Positions 38,458 through 51,903 of a DNA stretch of 64,000 nucleotides are shown here, piece by piece. Position 1 is the stretch's first letter. The number at the start of each line of letters is the position of its first letter. The DNA lies in the NCBI GenBank assembly GCA_964199315.1, contig OZ116701.1:32178001-32242000 (forward strand). The letters run 5' to 3'. The notes beneath the pieces were generated by a model. It was not told where the DNA came from. It did not search any database and was given only the letters and a program-made list of their open reading frames with translations. The DNA comes from Orbicella franksi (Eukaryota). A program made the translations under genes and the position numbers.

Positions 38458-41400
38458 TTACAAGTGTGTAGTTTTATTTCCAAATAACGAATGATACAAT
38501 CTGTGTTTCTTTGGTTGATCATTGTAAGGATTAAAGTATTCGTACAGAAGTTGCTCAGCGGGTTTGAAGACATGTCTTTTGAAATGCACGGCGTCGTATT
38601 TGTCACTACTGTCATCGGTCCCCTCGGGATATGAAGCGCTCATCGGAAAAACGTCTAAAATTTCAAAACCAGCGTTACACATGGCCCAGATGGAGTACGC
38701 GTTGTAAAGATGTATCCGCTGTAGAGAAATAAACGGATTCTCGTAAGTAATTAACCTTAGTCATTGCATTCAGTTTCCTCGCAAGCGTGGAACTACATAG
38801 AAAATTTATCAGCACCTGACAATTATTCTAATTATGATGTTGCTCAGAATTATTGAAGGGTCGAAGCACCTGAAGCACTTGCCTCAGAATGGGAAGGTCT
38901 GGCTTTAAACCCCAGCTCACATCATGCGCCTATTTCAGTAGTAGTAACAATCTTTTATTAGGAAGCTCCATCACTAAAAGTGGTTTACATAGAGGTCCTA
39001 ATACTAGATATATACTATATTTCAGAAGTGAAATTGCGATCTACTTCTGCAAAGCTGCGCACTACATTTCAACTTCTATGTATCAGCTGTTAATTGTGCG
39101 CGATATATTCAGTCATTGGGTCAACAAGTTACAACTCAACCAGACAGCTTTGGTGTTTTCTTTCATAATTTTGATCATTTGCCTACGCGAAAGGAGTTAA
39201 GCACGTATGAACATACTAGCAAATAAAAAAGCGCGTTTCTTCATCAGTGCGAGTAGATTAACTCTCACCAGAAAGCCATTAAAAAAGCGGATGAGCATTT
39301 TGCTCAATGTTTACCCAAAATGCTTTAGATTAAGGGACGAATACGAATTAGAAACGAATATTAGTGGATGCGTAATCAAAGCCAACCGCTGATCACATTA
39401 CCTGAAGAGTCAAGAACCGCGGGCTCGGATGATTGTGATACAAAAACCTCTCTCTGTGAATAGCCGTTGTAGTTTTCCAAATCAGTTTTCCTTTAAACTT
39501 CAGTTCGACCACGCCATCTTCATTTACCCAAGTCTCTTTAAACAAGTTTATGATTTCATCGATAAGTTTTTGATAAGTGGCAAATTTCAAAGCGGACACG
39601 TAATGCAATCCACAATTCAGAATAATAACACTGTGCTCGTCCATTTCGGGGAGATAAAGAACCTCACTGAGTTCTTGTAGCACACGTGAAGGATCGAAAT
39701 CAAGATAGTTTCTCTTGTATTTTTCTATTTCCACCGACTCGAGCATGTTGTAAACCCAACTGTACGTGAGATTGCAGACTTTGAAGATTTCGCCGCAAAG
39801 AGGCGTGTAATATATAGAATCGTAAAATCGCAGCGCCAGTGAGTCGCCGTAAATCCAGAGAGTACCCTTTTTATCTCGCGGTGAATTCTTGAATAACCTC
39901 TCTGAAATCAAAGGAAAGAAATTTTTTAGAATAAACCGAGAATTAATCTTCAAAGCTTCACTTCGCTGAAGTCCTTATTAATCCTTATGTCTAAAGTACA
40001 AGCACTGTCTCTTTCTTTGTTATACAGAGTTGAGTTATGTTAAATGTGCATGGTCCCTCATGAACAAGTAGTTGCTGAAAAAAAATTAGTGTTGCATCGC
40101 CAAGTACAATTCAAACGTTGAATTGACAATTGGGAATGATTTCCAGTCCGTACTGCGCACTCTCGGGAGTTTGTTTACGTTTTTGCAATTGTTTTCATCC
40201 ATGCAAATAAGATTTTGCAACTACACTGTGAACCCCATTATGGATGCGAAACTTTATGCTTTGTTCTTTGTGATATTAATAGAGAGAACAACTTTGTAGC
40301 TGTAAAGTTCAAAGAAACTGTTACACGAAATTATTTAAATTGCCTCAAAGATAAGGAATAACATCGATTCCTATTCTATCGCGTAAGGTTCATAAACATT
40401 GCGGTGCTGAGACGGCGCAATACGGGCTTGATATCATCTTTGACTTTCTTCAGCTATCCTTACACTTGGCGAAAAGTGACATTCCGAGCACTAGCTCTTC
40501 ATCAGAGCAAACTTCAACGTTTTAAATTTGATAGAAAGGCTAATTTATCATTTCATCTGCAAGTTGAAATTCTCTCACCTGGTGCGTGAGGGACCCACGT
40601 GCCATTAGTCCAATGGCCAAAGCCATCCGATAGAAATTTACAACTTGTTCCACAATACGACGGGTGTCCAAATCCATAACTCAAAAATTCTACAAAGAAA
40701 AATTAAAAAGTTAGTTCCAAACTTTGTTGTCATATGCGGGAGCCATATCGAGTCTTCCCAAAAGAAAAGGTTTTTATTGATTTACACTCAGGCCAAAAAC
40801 ACACTAACGAGTTTTCGTGTGAAAACGCGTACTTTTTGGTGCGTTTTCGCCTATCGTCCACACTAACACGACCGACAAGGCTGATGAAAACGGAGGCTTT
40901 CGAAAATGGTTTCAAAAGTGGAGCCTTTTGAAAACGCTCCGTTTCTAGTTTGGATGCAAGTAAAGACGGAGGCTTTTGACTGAAAACAATGCCGAGAAGG
41001 CGTCATATACTGTCATTTCCATCAGCGTTTTCGGGCGTTTTAGTGTGGACGATAGGCGAAAACATATCGAAATAAAAGTATGCGTTTTCGAATGAACACG
41101 AATTAGTGTGGACAGGTGAAAACAAAACGAAAACGCTAGTGCGGTCGAAAATATTTTGCTTCATCATCGTTGAGATGAAAACGGATACTCAAGTTAAAAA
41201 CGCATTAGTGTGGTCGGGTTTCTCAGTCAGCTAGCCATAATAAGTAAGTGGTACGCGATTCAAAAGACAACAGTATTGCGTGAGACAACCCTTCTTGCGC
41301 AATCCTTGTACACAATCAGGGACACAAAAACTACTGTTCCATACCGTCTCTTCTCATTGGCCCGTGACTCGCGGGTACGTCAAAACAAAACGGGTCACCA

Positions 41401-43017
41401 CCCCACAGAGGCTGCATCAGGTACACTTGCTTTCCCGCCAAAATTCCCCGAGGCTGGTTGCTTCCATGGGTATTTCCTGAAAATACGAAAAATGTATATG
41501 TGATGTTTAATGAAATCTGCCAGATACATCGTTTGTACAGTAATAAAAGCTCGTCGAAAATTCATTGCCCCTGCATTTGCTTCGTGTTACATTCTTGCCC
41601 AAAATACCGATACTTTCGTCGCAAAATCATTCCATTTAGTCCCACCGTTGGAGGACCTAGTGCTGTTTTTAGTCTTTGTTTGTTAAGGCACTTAATAATA
41701 AAATTTCCACATTTACATCTCTACCAAATACTCACATGAGCGCTCAAGGACTCTGAACGTTGTCGCATCGTCATTGAGTGATTAGTTGCCAACTTGGAGA
41801 CGAAAACTGCTCAGGTCTCGGAGCCCGCGATTCACCATCAACGGTTAATCTGCGTTCCTGTCTAGTGACCCTCAGGTCGGCGCTTACCCCTGCTTCCCTA
41901 GTATGAACTAAGAGTATTTTTACTCCCCCGGGATGGAATGCAAGTCCATCGCAGGGTTACCACCCAACATTAAATTCGCTGGTACCCATTTCTACACCTA
42001 ACTGGAGAGGTACTGTACGAGTACAGTGTCTTGTCCAAAGAAGACAAGGCAATGACCCCGGCCAGGGCTCGAACGTACCTGGACCGCTGGGTTCGGAGAC
42101 TAGCGCGCCTTCCACACCTAGTTCTAAACAAGTATTTCTCTGGCTGGTACATGTTCTCTTAGTTTTAATACATCAACTGGCAAGGAAGTAACCTCCAGTT
42201 GATGATTTTTAATACTCATCACCAGTCTCCTCAATAGTGTATTTATATCGTGAGAGGTAATCACATTTTGATCAATCTCGCAAGTAGAAGCGTTTAGCTT
42301 AAAGCTGATTTTCTTACCCGAGATAAACCAATAGTCAGGGGGGTCCTTCAGTCCATCACAAAGCGAATGATCCAACACCACTGACACGCAGTAGTTCCCG
42401 GGAGCAAGAATCAAGAACAGAATCTCGTATATTCCATTACCAAGGTCAAATATCGTGGGTGCAAGCCCTGTAGGGCCCGAAATAAAAACTCTCCAGTAGT
42501 CCCCTCCGACCGATTTAGGAACGCCATCGGAGGTCTGGGTTTGAATTTGAAGCTTGCTGAATTGCCCAGCAGGTCGAATATCCATTGATTGAACAAAACT
42601 CATTCTCGAGTTAGTTCTGTTTTCAACATTCCATCCTGGTAAATTATCGTCGTAGACCGTGTTTCCTTCGCACGGTTCTCGAATTCGTTTCCAGTCTATT
42701 CTGGCGTTGCGCATTCGGCACCAGTCCCTTCCGAAGTCTTCCAAAGTGTTTCGGTTGACCGTGCTGGTCAAATATAACGGATAGTACCATTTCAAGTAAA
42801 TAAATAGCGATATGATGACGCCCCAGTAGAAGCAAAAGGCCCTTCGTAGGAGAAACAAGCGCGGGAGTCCCCTTAGAGTACCTACTTTACGTACTCTGGC
42901 CTGAATGCTGTGCTTGAGTGAAGGAATTAGTCTCTTTCTGCGCATGCTGTCGATTTCCTGGTGGTCAGCGGTAGATAAAGAGATGAAATCTGTATCATCT
43001 TGCTCAGTTGCACTCAT
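38458..43017 (-). CDS. NXPE family-like (neurexophilin/PC-esterase, SGNH-type) type II membrane protein, copy 1, 5 exons, 567 aa
   Basis: Exons 42318-43017, 41345-41476, 40579-40689, 39402-39901, 38458-38718; phases consistent. N-terminal TM helix, GGDYWRV...DLGNGIYE Ig-like segment, IYGDS, LNCGLH, YDAVH. Confidence 0.88.
41844..42112 (-). mobile_element. CORE-type SINE, degenerate, intron 1 of NXPE-like copy 1
   Basis: gtccatcgcagggttaccacccaacattaaattcgctggtacccatt...gccagggctcgaac is the reverse complement of the family body. Boundaries approximate. Confidence 0.75.
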
Positions 43018-44224
43018 ATGATCTAAACGCTCCCCAGCAGAAAGCTAAGAAAAGAAAAAAATATCGAGACAGGCATGTGACCTCATTCACAGAGTTCATG
43101 TCTTACATGAAAAGGACAACCTGCTGTTCAGGAACCTGTCCGATTTCGCACTTACCCCCGAACTTAGAAAACAGCAATTCGCGCATTTGATTTTCTCGCT
43201 TTTTAAATTTTATGTTCAATTAACTTTCAACAGAATGAAGAATCAGAAGTGCAAGGGCTTGTCCAATCTGAAAGTATCTTTAAGCTTGAACCTTTTCGTC
43301 CAGTGATCAGACTTTTAGCATTTAGAATATTCTTCATTGTTAATTTAGCGGCGTCTTAACTACCCCTATGGCACTGATCGCCGCCTGTCAATTTTTGCTT
43401 ACCTTATAACTTCAACGAAGAAGTTATCTGCAACGTTGTATTGTCATGCCGTATCCTGTCCGAGCCTTACGACATTTCAGGTTTTGAACTGACTTGGAGA
43501 TTGTGTTTCTAATAAATAGACTAATCAACGTTTCTGCGCCGCATAATCATAAGATGTGGTTGAAAAATTTGATTTTCTTTGTTCTCCCGCGACTGAATTT
43601 GTCACGTGATTTCTGACGACACTTTGCGTCACCTGTACTGTTGGGATCAATTGTCTGCAAGACTTGAAATAAACGAAGCTAAAAGTCGAATAACCGATTC
43701 ATTTTATGGACAATGACGATTCTCTACACCGTTAGCTTTCAATGTTAAAAAGATAACGCTTTCTTTTAGTCCAAGACTTCAACCTGCCATTCATTTAAAA
43801 TTATGTTGGTCTTTGTTTCAGTGGTAGTCTATTTAGTTTTGTTTTTACCTGAAAAGTCTTCATCACAAAAGACTTTGCTGGTGATACGGGTCTCCTCATA
43901 TTTGCTATTTTCTCCACAAAAAAATCGTAGTCCCCGTTAAACAATACAAACAGTATTTTTCAATGATTAATAAAATATCAACTGACTAACAAGCTCATTT
44001 AGATTTAAAAGAAAATTTTACTATTCTGGGGGAATATTAAATATGGGAGTTTGAATGTTGTTTTCACTGTGGGAAAAATATGGCTACGCTAAAATCGTTC
44101 TCTACACGATCTTTTTTTAAGGCAGAGCGATCACTATCCCGTCGAAACAGATGGCGATGATGTAGAAATCGTGGAAATATGACAAAGATGCTTCTAAGTC
44201 TAGTGATATTGGCTAGCTCCAAAG

Positions 44225-44560
44225 AACCTAGACTGTAGTAGGATAGGATGAGGGTAACAGAGATATATAGGCCTTCAAGTTATTTATAGTTATGGTATCC
44301 AGTCCATTCGCGGATAACATTGCCACGCGCCTTGCGTGGATGTTTTCTTGGAGGATTAAAATGCGTGTTGACCCCTCGTGCTGTCTACGTGGGGAAAATT
44401 CGCGTCACAGAATCGACTTTTTTTAAACCCTCTCAGGATTATATTTCTGAAGCCGAGATCAGTGATCTTATAATAACTTAAGAGGGATTACCTTGGGAAC
44501 AAGACCTGTATCAGGAGTTTTAAACTCTCCTAACCCTCGTCCTCTCTTGCCTGTAGCTAG
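44225..44560. mobile_element. MITE, same family as 3440-3790
   Basis: Shared TIR and internal sequence with 3440-3790. Confidence 0.7.
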
Positions 44561-45247
44561 TAAATGTGGAGATTCATGAGTTGATATTCAATACTTGTCT
44601 AGGACAATTTCTTTCCACGTAACATGTGACCGCACTGACTGACTAACATATTGTGTTTGACACAAGAATGAAACTGAGCCGATGTTGAAATATATTTTAT
44701 TGCAATCAAAAGTTTGCAAACACTGTTTTAGTGGGATCCCAAAATGGACGAACATATGAATTAACAAAGCGGGAAAATAAGGCCACGAAAAAAGTCACTG
44801 TAATAATGATTTCAATGCTATACAACGAGTTTAAAGCAATCCTGTAAGTCGGGATGTGTTCAAAACTATAACGAGAACTGAGACTTCCTTGACTTTCTCA
44901 AGGGAACATTGAAGTTGGAGCTGTATGAAACGAGATAAAAAAAGTACAGGAAATTCTAATAAATATCCCATAAATAGACTCTCTGATGAGGCAGCACATT
45001 GATGCACATGGCACTCTATAGTTTCTATATGCAGGGAAAATAGTGTACCCCCCGCCCCATTCTCTCCCTCGTCTTCACAATCCCATGAGGCAAATTTTTT
45101 CCGGATCTCACCACATTGTAAAGATTTGTATTTATTCTTCGAGGTAATCTCTCCAGCCACCGAAGTCGTGGTATTATTCAGTATGTCTAATATGAGGAAA
45201 TTTCTTCAGGTTCATTTTCCATGCTGTCACTGTGTGTCACTTCGCGG

Positions 45248-48200
45248 TCATGACGGACTGAAGTATTCTAGTAGAATTTCCTCCGCGGGTTTGAACACCG
45301 AGTCTTTGTAATGTACCATGTCGAACGGATCCACGCTATTATCAGTGCCATTAGGAAAAGACGCACTGAGTGGGTATACATCAAGTACCTCAATACCGGC
45401 GTTACACATGGCCCAGGTAACATATGCATTGTAGAGTTGAACCCGCTGAAAGAAACAAAAAGATTCTTATAAACAAACCACTATAGTATGCACGCTTTTC
45501 TTGGTCTCAGCAGAAAACAGGGTTCCTGATTTTGTGTACAAAACGTTCCGTGACGACGTCGTGTACGGAAACTAATGGAAAACATTTTCCTCTTTTGTCA
45601 TCTTGTTGAAGAATTTTTGTCTTACGATTTTTTTTACGATTTTCTTTGTTGCAGATTTAATGCCACAGAGTTGGCAGCTATCATACGTCTCTGATTCTAG
45701 GTCTTGGTCGACCCGATTCGTGAGTAGCCTTTGTGATTGCATGGGACAAAATTTCACAAAAAGATATCAAATCATCAATACCAACGCTCAGCTTTGAGAT
45801 GGGCCTGCAGGGAATCATGGTATTTTAATATAATTTAGATAGGTCTTGAACTTGAGTTGTTCAGTACAACTACCATGGCCCTGCATGCTGTGGGTGTGTC
45901 TCATAAAGGGAACTGGGCATTGTATAACTCTTCTTTACAGTGAACAGCTTGTCTTTTTTATGCCGACAGTTTCATTCGAAATTTTACAGGCCGCATTCAA
46001 AAACGAGATCCTAGCAGATGATTTTCTTTTTTTCTCATCGCCTACGTGGTTGTCGTGGAGATACGGTGGCCTCATGGTTAGTGCGCTAGTCTCCGGATCG
46101 AGCGGTCCGGGTTCGAGCCCTGGCCAGGGACATTGTGTTGTGTTCTTGGACAAGACACTTCACTCTCACAATGCCTCTCTCCACCCAGGTGCATAAATGG
46201 GTACCGGCGAATTTAATCCTGGGGGTAACCCTTCGATGGACTAGCATCCCATTTAGGGTGGAGTAGAAATACTTTTAGTCGCTTCATGTAACTGAAACCG
46301 GAGATAAGCGCCGGCCTGATGGGCCACTTGGCTCGTATGCAGACTTTACTCTACGTGGTTGACAAGGCATTGATAACAGATGGAGAAACAACTTCATCCT
46401 CTGAACTGGCTGTCGTGATAGTAATGTTACTATACCTGACGAGTTAGAAATCGTCGCTTGTGAAGGTGCGGATACCTCAATCTTTCTCTATGGATAGCGG
46501 CATTTGTCTTCCAAATCATTTTTCCCTTGAACTTTAATTCAATTCTTCCATCGTCGTTTACTTTTGTTTCTTTAAAGAGATCCACGATACCATCGATAAC
46601 TTGGCGGTATGTTGAAAAGTTTGTTGACGTAATAAAATGCAGTCCGTGATTAAGAATAATGACGCTTTTCTCGTCATTCATCTGCGGCAAGTGAATAACC
46701 CTCGCTATCGCGTCCAAGACGCGTGTTATATTTATTGGAAGAAAGTTCCTCTGGTGCTTTTCCACAGAAGCGTTTTTGATTGGATAAACCCAGTTATAAG
46801 AAAAAGAGCAAACACGGAAAACTGCTTTACACAGTCGAGTTCGACGGATGGAACGGTAAAACCGTCCTGCATTTGAATCTCCATAGAACCATAACACGCC
46901 CTCACGATTTCTCGGAGAACGTTTCCTCCACAAGCCTGTGAGAAGAGACATAAGGTACAGAATAAGCGGTCGATAAACCAGTCGGCATAAGTCAATTGCT
47001 AAGTTAAATTCATCTTTAAGTGATTAATACGATTCCTTATTAATAAATAGTAAATTCCAAAAGAAACATACCCAGAGTCACACGTCTGGACTTACAATTT
47101 CATATAACTAACGGCTATAAAAAACTAATTACAAACTATTTACAAATGTATGAATAGCAATTAAATAAAATTGAAAAGGTATCTGTTCACAAAACAGCGT
47201 TTATGACGTTCAGTTCTGACACGTGGCAGGATGTAAGGGGGTCCCCTTTTCCTAAGGCTCCTTGATCTCCAGGGTGGAAGCAGTTCATGAAGGGGATGAG
47301 TACTACCAGTAGTTATCGTATCCCATTGTAGCCTATCTTTGATTCTAATTACATCAGTAATGTGTTTATATTTGCTGGTATAACCATAACGCAGAGCCCG
47401 CTTGCAAAACCTATCAATTTGGGAGAGACATTTACTATAGATGATATAGATTTAAAATGCTGCAAAATTAAACTTAAGTTTGCTGCTTTTCAGTTGTTTC
47501 CAATAGCTAAATAACAAATAGAAACATACCCCTAAACCTGAAAAGGGATTTAGAGGTTTTGATTAAGAAAATTCAGATTAAATCGTTAGTCTATCTTTTT
47601 CTCTCTCGGATTCTCTGCTGTCTTTGGGTCTCTGGGTCTCAGAGCCTATTTAGTATATTTTGCGCCTTATATATACCTTTCACATGTGGTCTCCAGGTCC
47701 CGTTGGACCAGCGGCCGAAGCCATCCCATAACAACTTGCAATCCTCGCCGCAAGAGGGAGGGTTACCCAGTCCATAACTAAGAAATTCTGAAAGTGTAAA
47801 GATAACGTTATCCCACTGTTGCTGATTTTAAAACTGCTGGGAAATTAACAGTTAGATGAGCAATATCTAAAATCGGCTGCCAGAGCATTACCATCGTATT
47901 TTGTGGGCCCAGCTGGTGACGGAACTGTTATGGTCAGCGGTATTCCTTCCCAAAGAGGGGTGCGTATAAAGACATAACGCTCCACCAAGCTTCCTTCTGG
48001 TTGACTGCTGCCATGGATATTTCCTGTCGGGCAGACAGAGAAACGAGAAACAATGACAGGAAGGTGCGTTCAGTAATCTATTTTACGATAACTGTTGAAA
48101 TTCCCACGCGCTCATTGGCCAATTTTCATTGTCAATGAGCGGACAAACACATGAATTTATAATTTATGCGAAGCATCAACGAGCGAGAGCTGACAATTTG

Positions 48201-49417
48201 ACAATTTGTTATCGTAAAAAACAAATTGAGTCAGTTTTTCATGTGTCTGTCCTATTATTGATAATGAATTTCGTCATAGCATTGTCAAAGTAGTCTGTGG
48301 ATCCACTTGACTATCGCCTCGTGGATCCACAGCTACTTTGACAATGTTATGACGAAATTCATGATCAATAACAGGACAGACGCATGAAAAACTGACGTCA
48401 ATTTGCTAACTAGATTTGACAAGAAAATCATAAAAGGGGAGGTTTAGATGCATCTGAATATTTTCACAGCCGTTTCGCCGAATTTTCCTAAACTCTAAGG
48501 ACTGTTTTCTTAACAAGAAAGAAAATGAAGCATTTTTTCACTTTATGAGCCGCACTACACTTTGGTGAGATACGCATTAAAGTATTTTTCACATCCAGTA
48601 CGTCAACGTCGATCGCTTGCAAGGAGTCAAAATGGGAAGATTGTCGCGTTTATTGCGTAAAACTTCATAGAAAATAAGCGCACTAAATTTCTCCCCGCTG
48701 TTACCGTAACTTACCGAGCATAAACCAGTAGTCAGGAGGGTTTTTCATTCCGTCACACAACGAGTAATCCAAAATGATCGACGCAAAGTAGGTCCCAGGC
48801 TCCAGGATGAGAAACACCACCTCGTACGTTCCATTGCCGTGATCAATCACTGTTGGTGCAAGCACAGATGGTCCCCATATAAGAACCCTCCAATCGTCGC
48901 CCCCTATAGTCTTGGGTTGACCGTTATAGGACTGGGACTGAATGCTGAATCTGCTAAACTCCCCGGCAGGTTTAATGTCCATAAAAGGAATAATGCTTTT
49001 AGTGGGGTCGGTCCTGTTTTGGATTCCCCAACCGGGTAAATCCACGCCAAATTTGGTGTTCCCTTCACAAGTTGCTCCCATTAGTTCCCAGTCCGTTGCA
49101 ACCCTGCGTACTCGGCACCAATCTTTTCTAAATTCTAACAGACCGTTGAAAGTTGTCGTTTTTGTGGCATGCACAGGAAAATACCACTTAAGGTACACAA
49201 ACAGAGTAATGGTTAACGCCCAGAGGAGGAAAAACGTTCTGCGCGGAACAAATATTCTGTGCACTACCCTGCGTCTTGTCACAAGTAATTGAGCGGAGGC
49301 CCGCAATTGACGGAACTTGCGCCACAGTCCTGGTGAACAGCGGAGAACATCTTGTAATGTTTTTCGTCCATTGGTTCCTTTTGGGTATATATTGGCATCT
49401 CTGCCAGATTCAGTCAT
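45248..49417 (-). CDS. NXPE family-like protein, copy 2, 5 exons, 547 aa
   Basis: Exons 48715-49417, 47892-48023, 47677-47787, 46436-46935, 45248-45445. Motifs GGDDWRV...DHGNGTYE, FYGDS, LNHGLH, FDMVH. Confidence 0.88.
46053..46350 (+). mobile_element. tRNA-derived CORE-type SINE, full length, 11-bp TSD
   Basis: A box TGGCCTCATGG and B box GGTTCGAGCC; MIR-core-like tgtgttcttggacaagacacttcactctcacaatgcctc...aaatggg; direct repeat ctacgtggttg at 46042-46052 and 46351-46361. Confidence 0.85.
48078..48413. mobile_element. Non-autonomous element, same family as 28957-29294
   Basis: Direct similarity to 28957-29294. Confidence 0.85.
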
Positions 49418-49511
49418 AGAATGTACTTTCTATAAAATAGAGGCTTCTGAGGCTGGAGCGCGTAAAGAGATTGTCCTCCAGGCTTCATGGAATTGTCTAC
49501 CTAAGAAACAA

Positions 49512-49830
49512 GTGACGACTGCTCAATAGCCAGCTTTCATTTGAATGATCACACAGTAGGTTTTCATCTACAGACTCAAAAGATAGAACCACCTTGTACA
49601 GCATATAATCAACAGTACCTCATGAAATTACTGCTCAATAGCTTTCACTGATTTACCGTGATGATCACACCCTAAGGTTTCATTCACAGACTAAAAAGTT
49701 AAACCCACCCTGTACAGCAAAATAAACAGTACAGCATAAAAGTCCTTTTCAATATCTTTCACTTGAATGGTTACACACTAGGATTTCATTAATTAAAGGT
49801 TAGAACCACCTTATATACTCATTAATACCA
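49512..49830. repeat. ~110-bp degenerate tandem repeat (~3 units)
   Basis: Recurring caatagctttca..tgaatg.tcacac..tagg.tttcat...cagact.aaaag.tagaaccacc.tgtacagca. Confidence 0.75.
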
Positions 49831-50963
49831 TGTCGTAAGAAAATATAGCCAATCAGAGTGTGGAAAGCCGTTGTCTACTCGACGGTATTATACCACTGGC
49901 TGTATTTTCTATGGCATGATATAAAATAGTTATCTAACGTTTTGCCTTACTAGTATCCCTTACAGGCCAGCATCACATGAATCGGTTTTTTTAAAACAAT
50001 AAATTAAATATACCAGAAGTTTTCAATTGAGAAAACTTATCCGACGATTCAGTGTTGATATCGATACATGAACACTGTGAAGCAATTGAGAACCAAAGAC
50101 ATTACTTATAACACCTTCTGTTATAGTAACAATTTTGAAACTGATAGTCTTTCAACTGAGAAGAGTTTATACAAGCTTAAATCCGTGTATTCATACATGA
50201 ATTCGACCATTCAAAATAAGACTATTCGATTCGTTACTGCCCTCATTGATCATCTCTTGATATGGTTTCAAACTGGGATTGCCATTTACGTTTGCTACCG
50301 TGAAAGGAAAAGCACAGATGGATCGAATCCAACCATGTATAGAAGTTTTATTTCATCTGTCGGGGCGTATCCAAAGAATATAAGCGTCTGACCGAGGGTA
50401 TTCAAGGAGAATTTCATTACCGAACAATAAAACAAATGGCTGACTACATTTCATTCAGTCAAGCCTGTCTTGTTGCACTTGCAGGTGACAGATTCAAGAT
50501 ATTTACCTGAGAAATATATCCCGTGCTGACCGATGTTGAATCCTTTACAGTACCAGTGTTCCGGGCAGTAATTGCTCCATATCGATATCGCATTTCCTCT
50601 TCAACTTCTAATATTAGTCTCGTTGTTTTATTTACACACTCTCCACCCTCGTGGCATGTGACTTCATGTCACCAGTCAATGTTCGGTGCTACATTCACAG
50701 CAAAAGAATGGCTGAAAGCAAATATTTTCCTTTGCAATGACAGCTTCTCCACTTCCCACCTTGAAAGAAATAATTAAATCACTTTCCTACACTTGCATGT
50801 CGTTAATTTCGCGAAGGCGCACATTGGCGGGTTTCGACTATGATTCAGTGATTCCCCTAAAAGCGTATAAAAGTTGTCAACCTGAGCAGATTTCTGGAAA
50901 TTAATGTTTGCAATAACAGCGCCTTGCTTTCCCGGAATGCAGCTGAGTACCTAAGGGGCTGAG

Positions 50964-51085
50964 GTCCCGGCTTTCGGATTGAGCGGTCCGGGTTCGAGCC
51001 CTGGCCGGGGACATTGTGCTGTGTCCTTAGGCGAGACACGTTACTCTCACAGTGCCTCTTTCCACCCAAGGGTATAAATAGGAGT
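50964..51085 (+). mobile_element. Partial CORE-type SINE
   Basis: gagcggtccgggttcgagccctggccggggacattgtgctgtgtccttaggcgagacac matches the 46053 element; 3' truncated. Confidence 0.75.
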
Positions 51086-51903
51086 CCTGCCATGGCCAAG
51101 CGCTCCATTCGGGGAGGGGCAGGGGTTAAAGATCGTCAAAAATATCGGCAAACCTTATCATTGTCCTTTGTTTGCGCGCAGATTACTAAAGCTTTCTTCC
51201 TCAGCGCACGTGCAGTCGTAAACCTTACAGAGCCACCTTAAAAAAAATTATTTTCAATTGTATTTTTGTCTTGATACGACGAACAATTGAGTAAACTTCT
51301 GACAGCGAAAATAGCCTCAAACTGTCTTTCATTCAGTAAGGTTAGCTAAACAGGCCAACGGTAGATTGCAGTAATTTTAGTTAACAGAGTTTAAAATCTA
51401 AATATCTGGGAAATTTACAATTATACTTATGGATAACTATATTTCACAACCATGAATGTTCTATCTATACTCAGCTGTTTTTAGTGTGAAGCGGGATTGT
51501 ATAATAGCTTTTATTTGGTAATAAACTGAGAGCAAAGTAAGGTTGAAAACCGGCGCGATTTTTTTGTAGTTGCACTCCAATTTGTTCAAGAAATTCGAAT
51601 CCTTTTTACTGTGATAGGGATCCAGCGCGCCGACATTAGCATAGGCCACCATGCCTTCAACAGTTGTTTAACAGTGCAACTTATTTAGTACATTAACCTC
51701 TTGCCTTCTTCACTCTCCCCTGTAAAGCCATTCCATTTTGTAATAACCGTTTTACAAAAAAAAAACAAAAGCAAAAGAATCGGAGACAAATGTTTTCAAG
51801 CCTGACCGTATTGTAGGATTTGCGTTAATCCAAAAAGAAAGTCCACGAGTTTATGGTATTATTCCGTATGTCTTATACGAAATAATTTCTTTAAGTTTAT
51901 TTT

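Noticed and set aside
44831-45160. 109-aa - strand ORF downstream of NXPE-like copy 2
   Set aside because: Non-ATG start in the probable 3' UTR, no homology to paralog C-termini, and separated from the CDS by stops.
46057-46135. tRNA-like A/B boxes here and at 17940, 50980, 52400 and 59600
   Set aside because: These are SINE heads followed by SINE bodies; there is no complete cloverleaf or acceptor stem.
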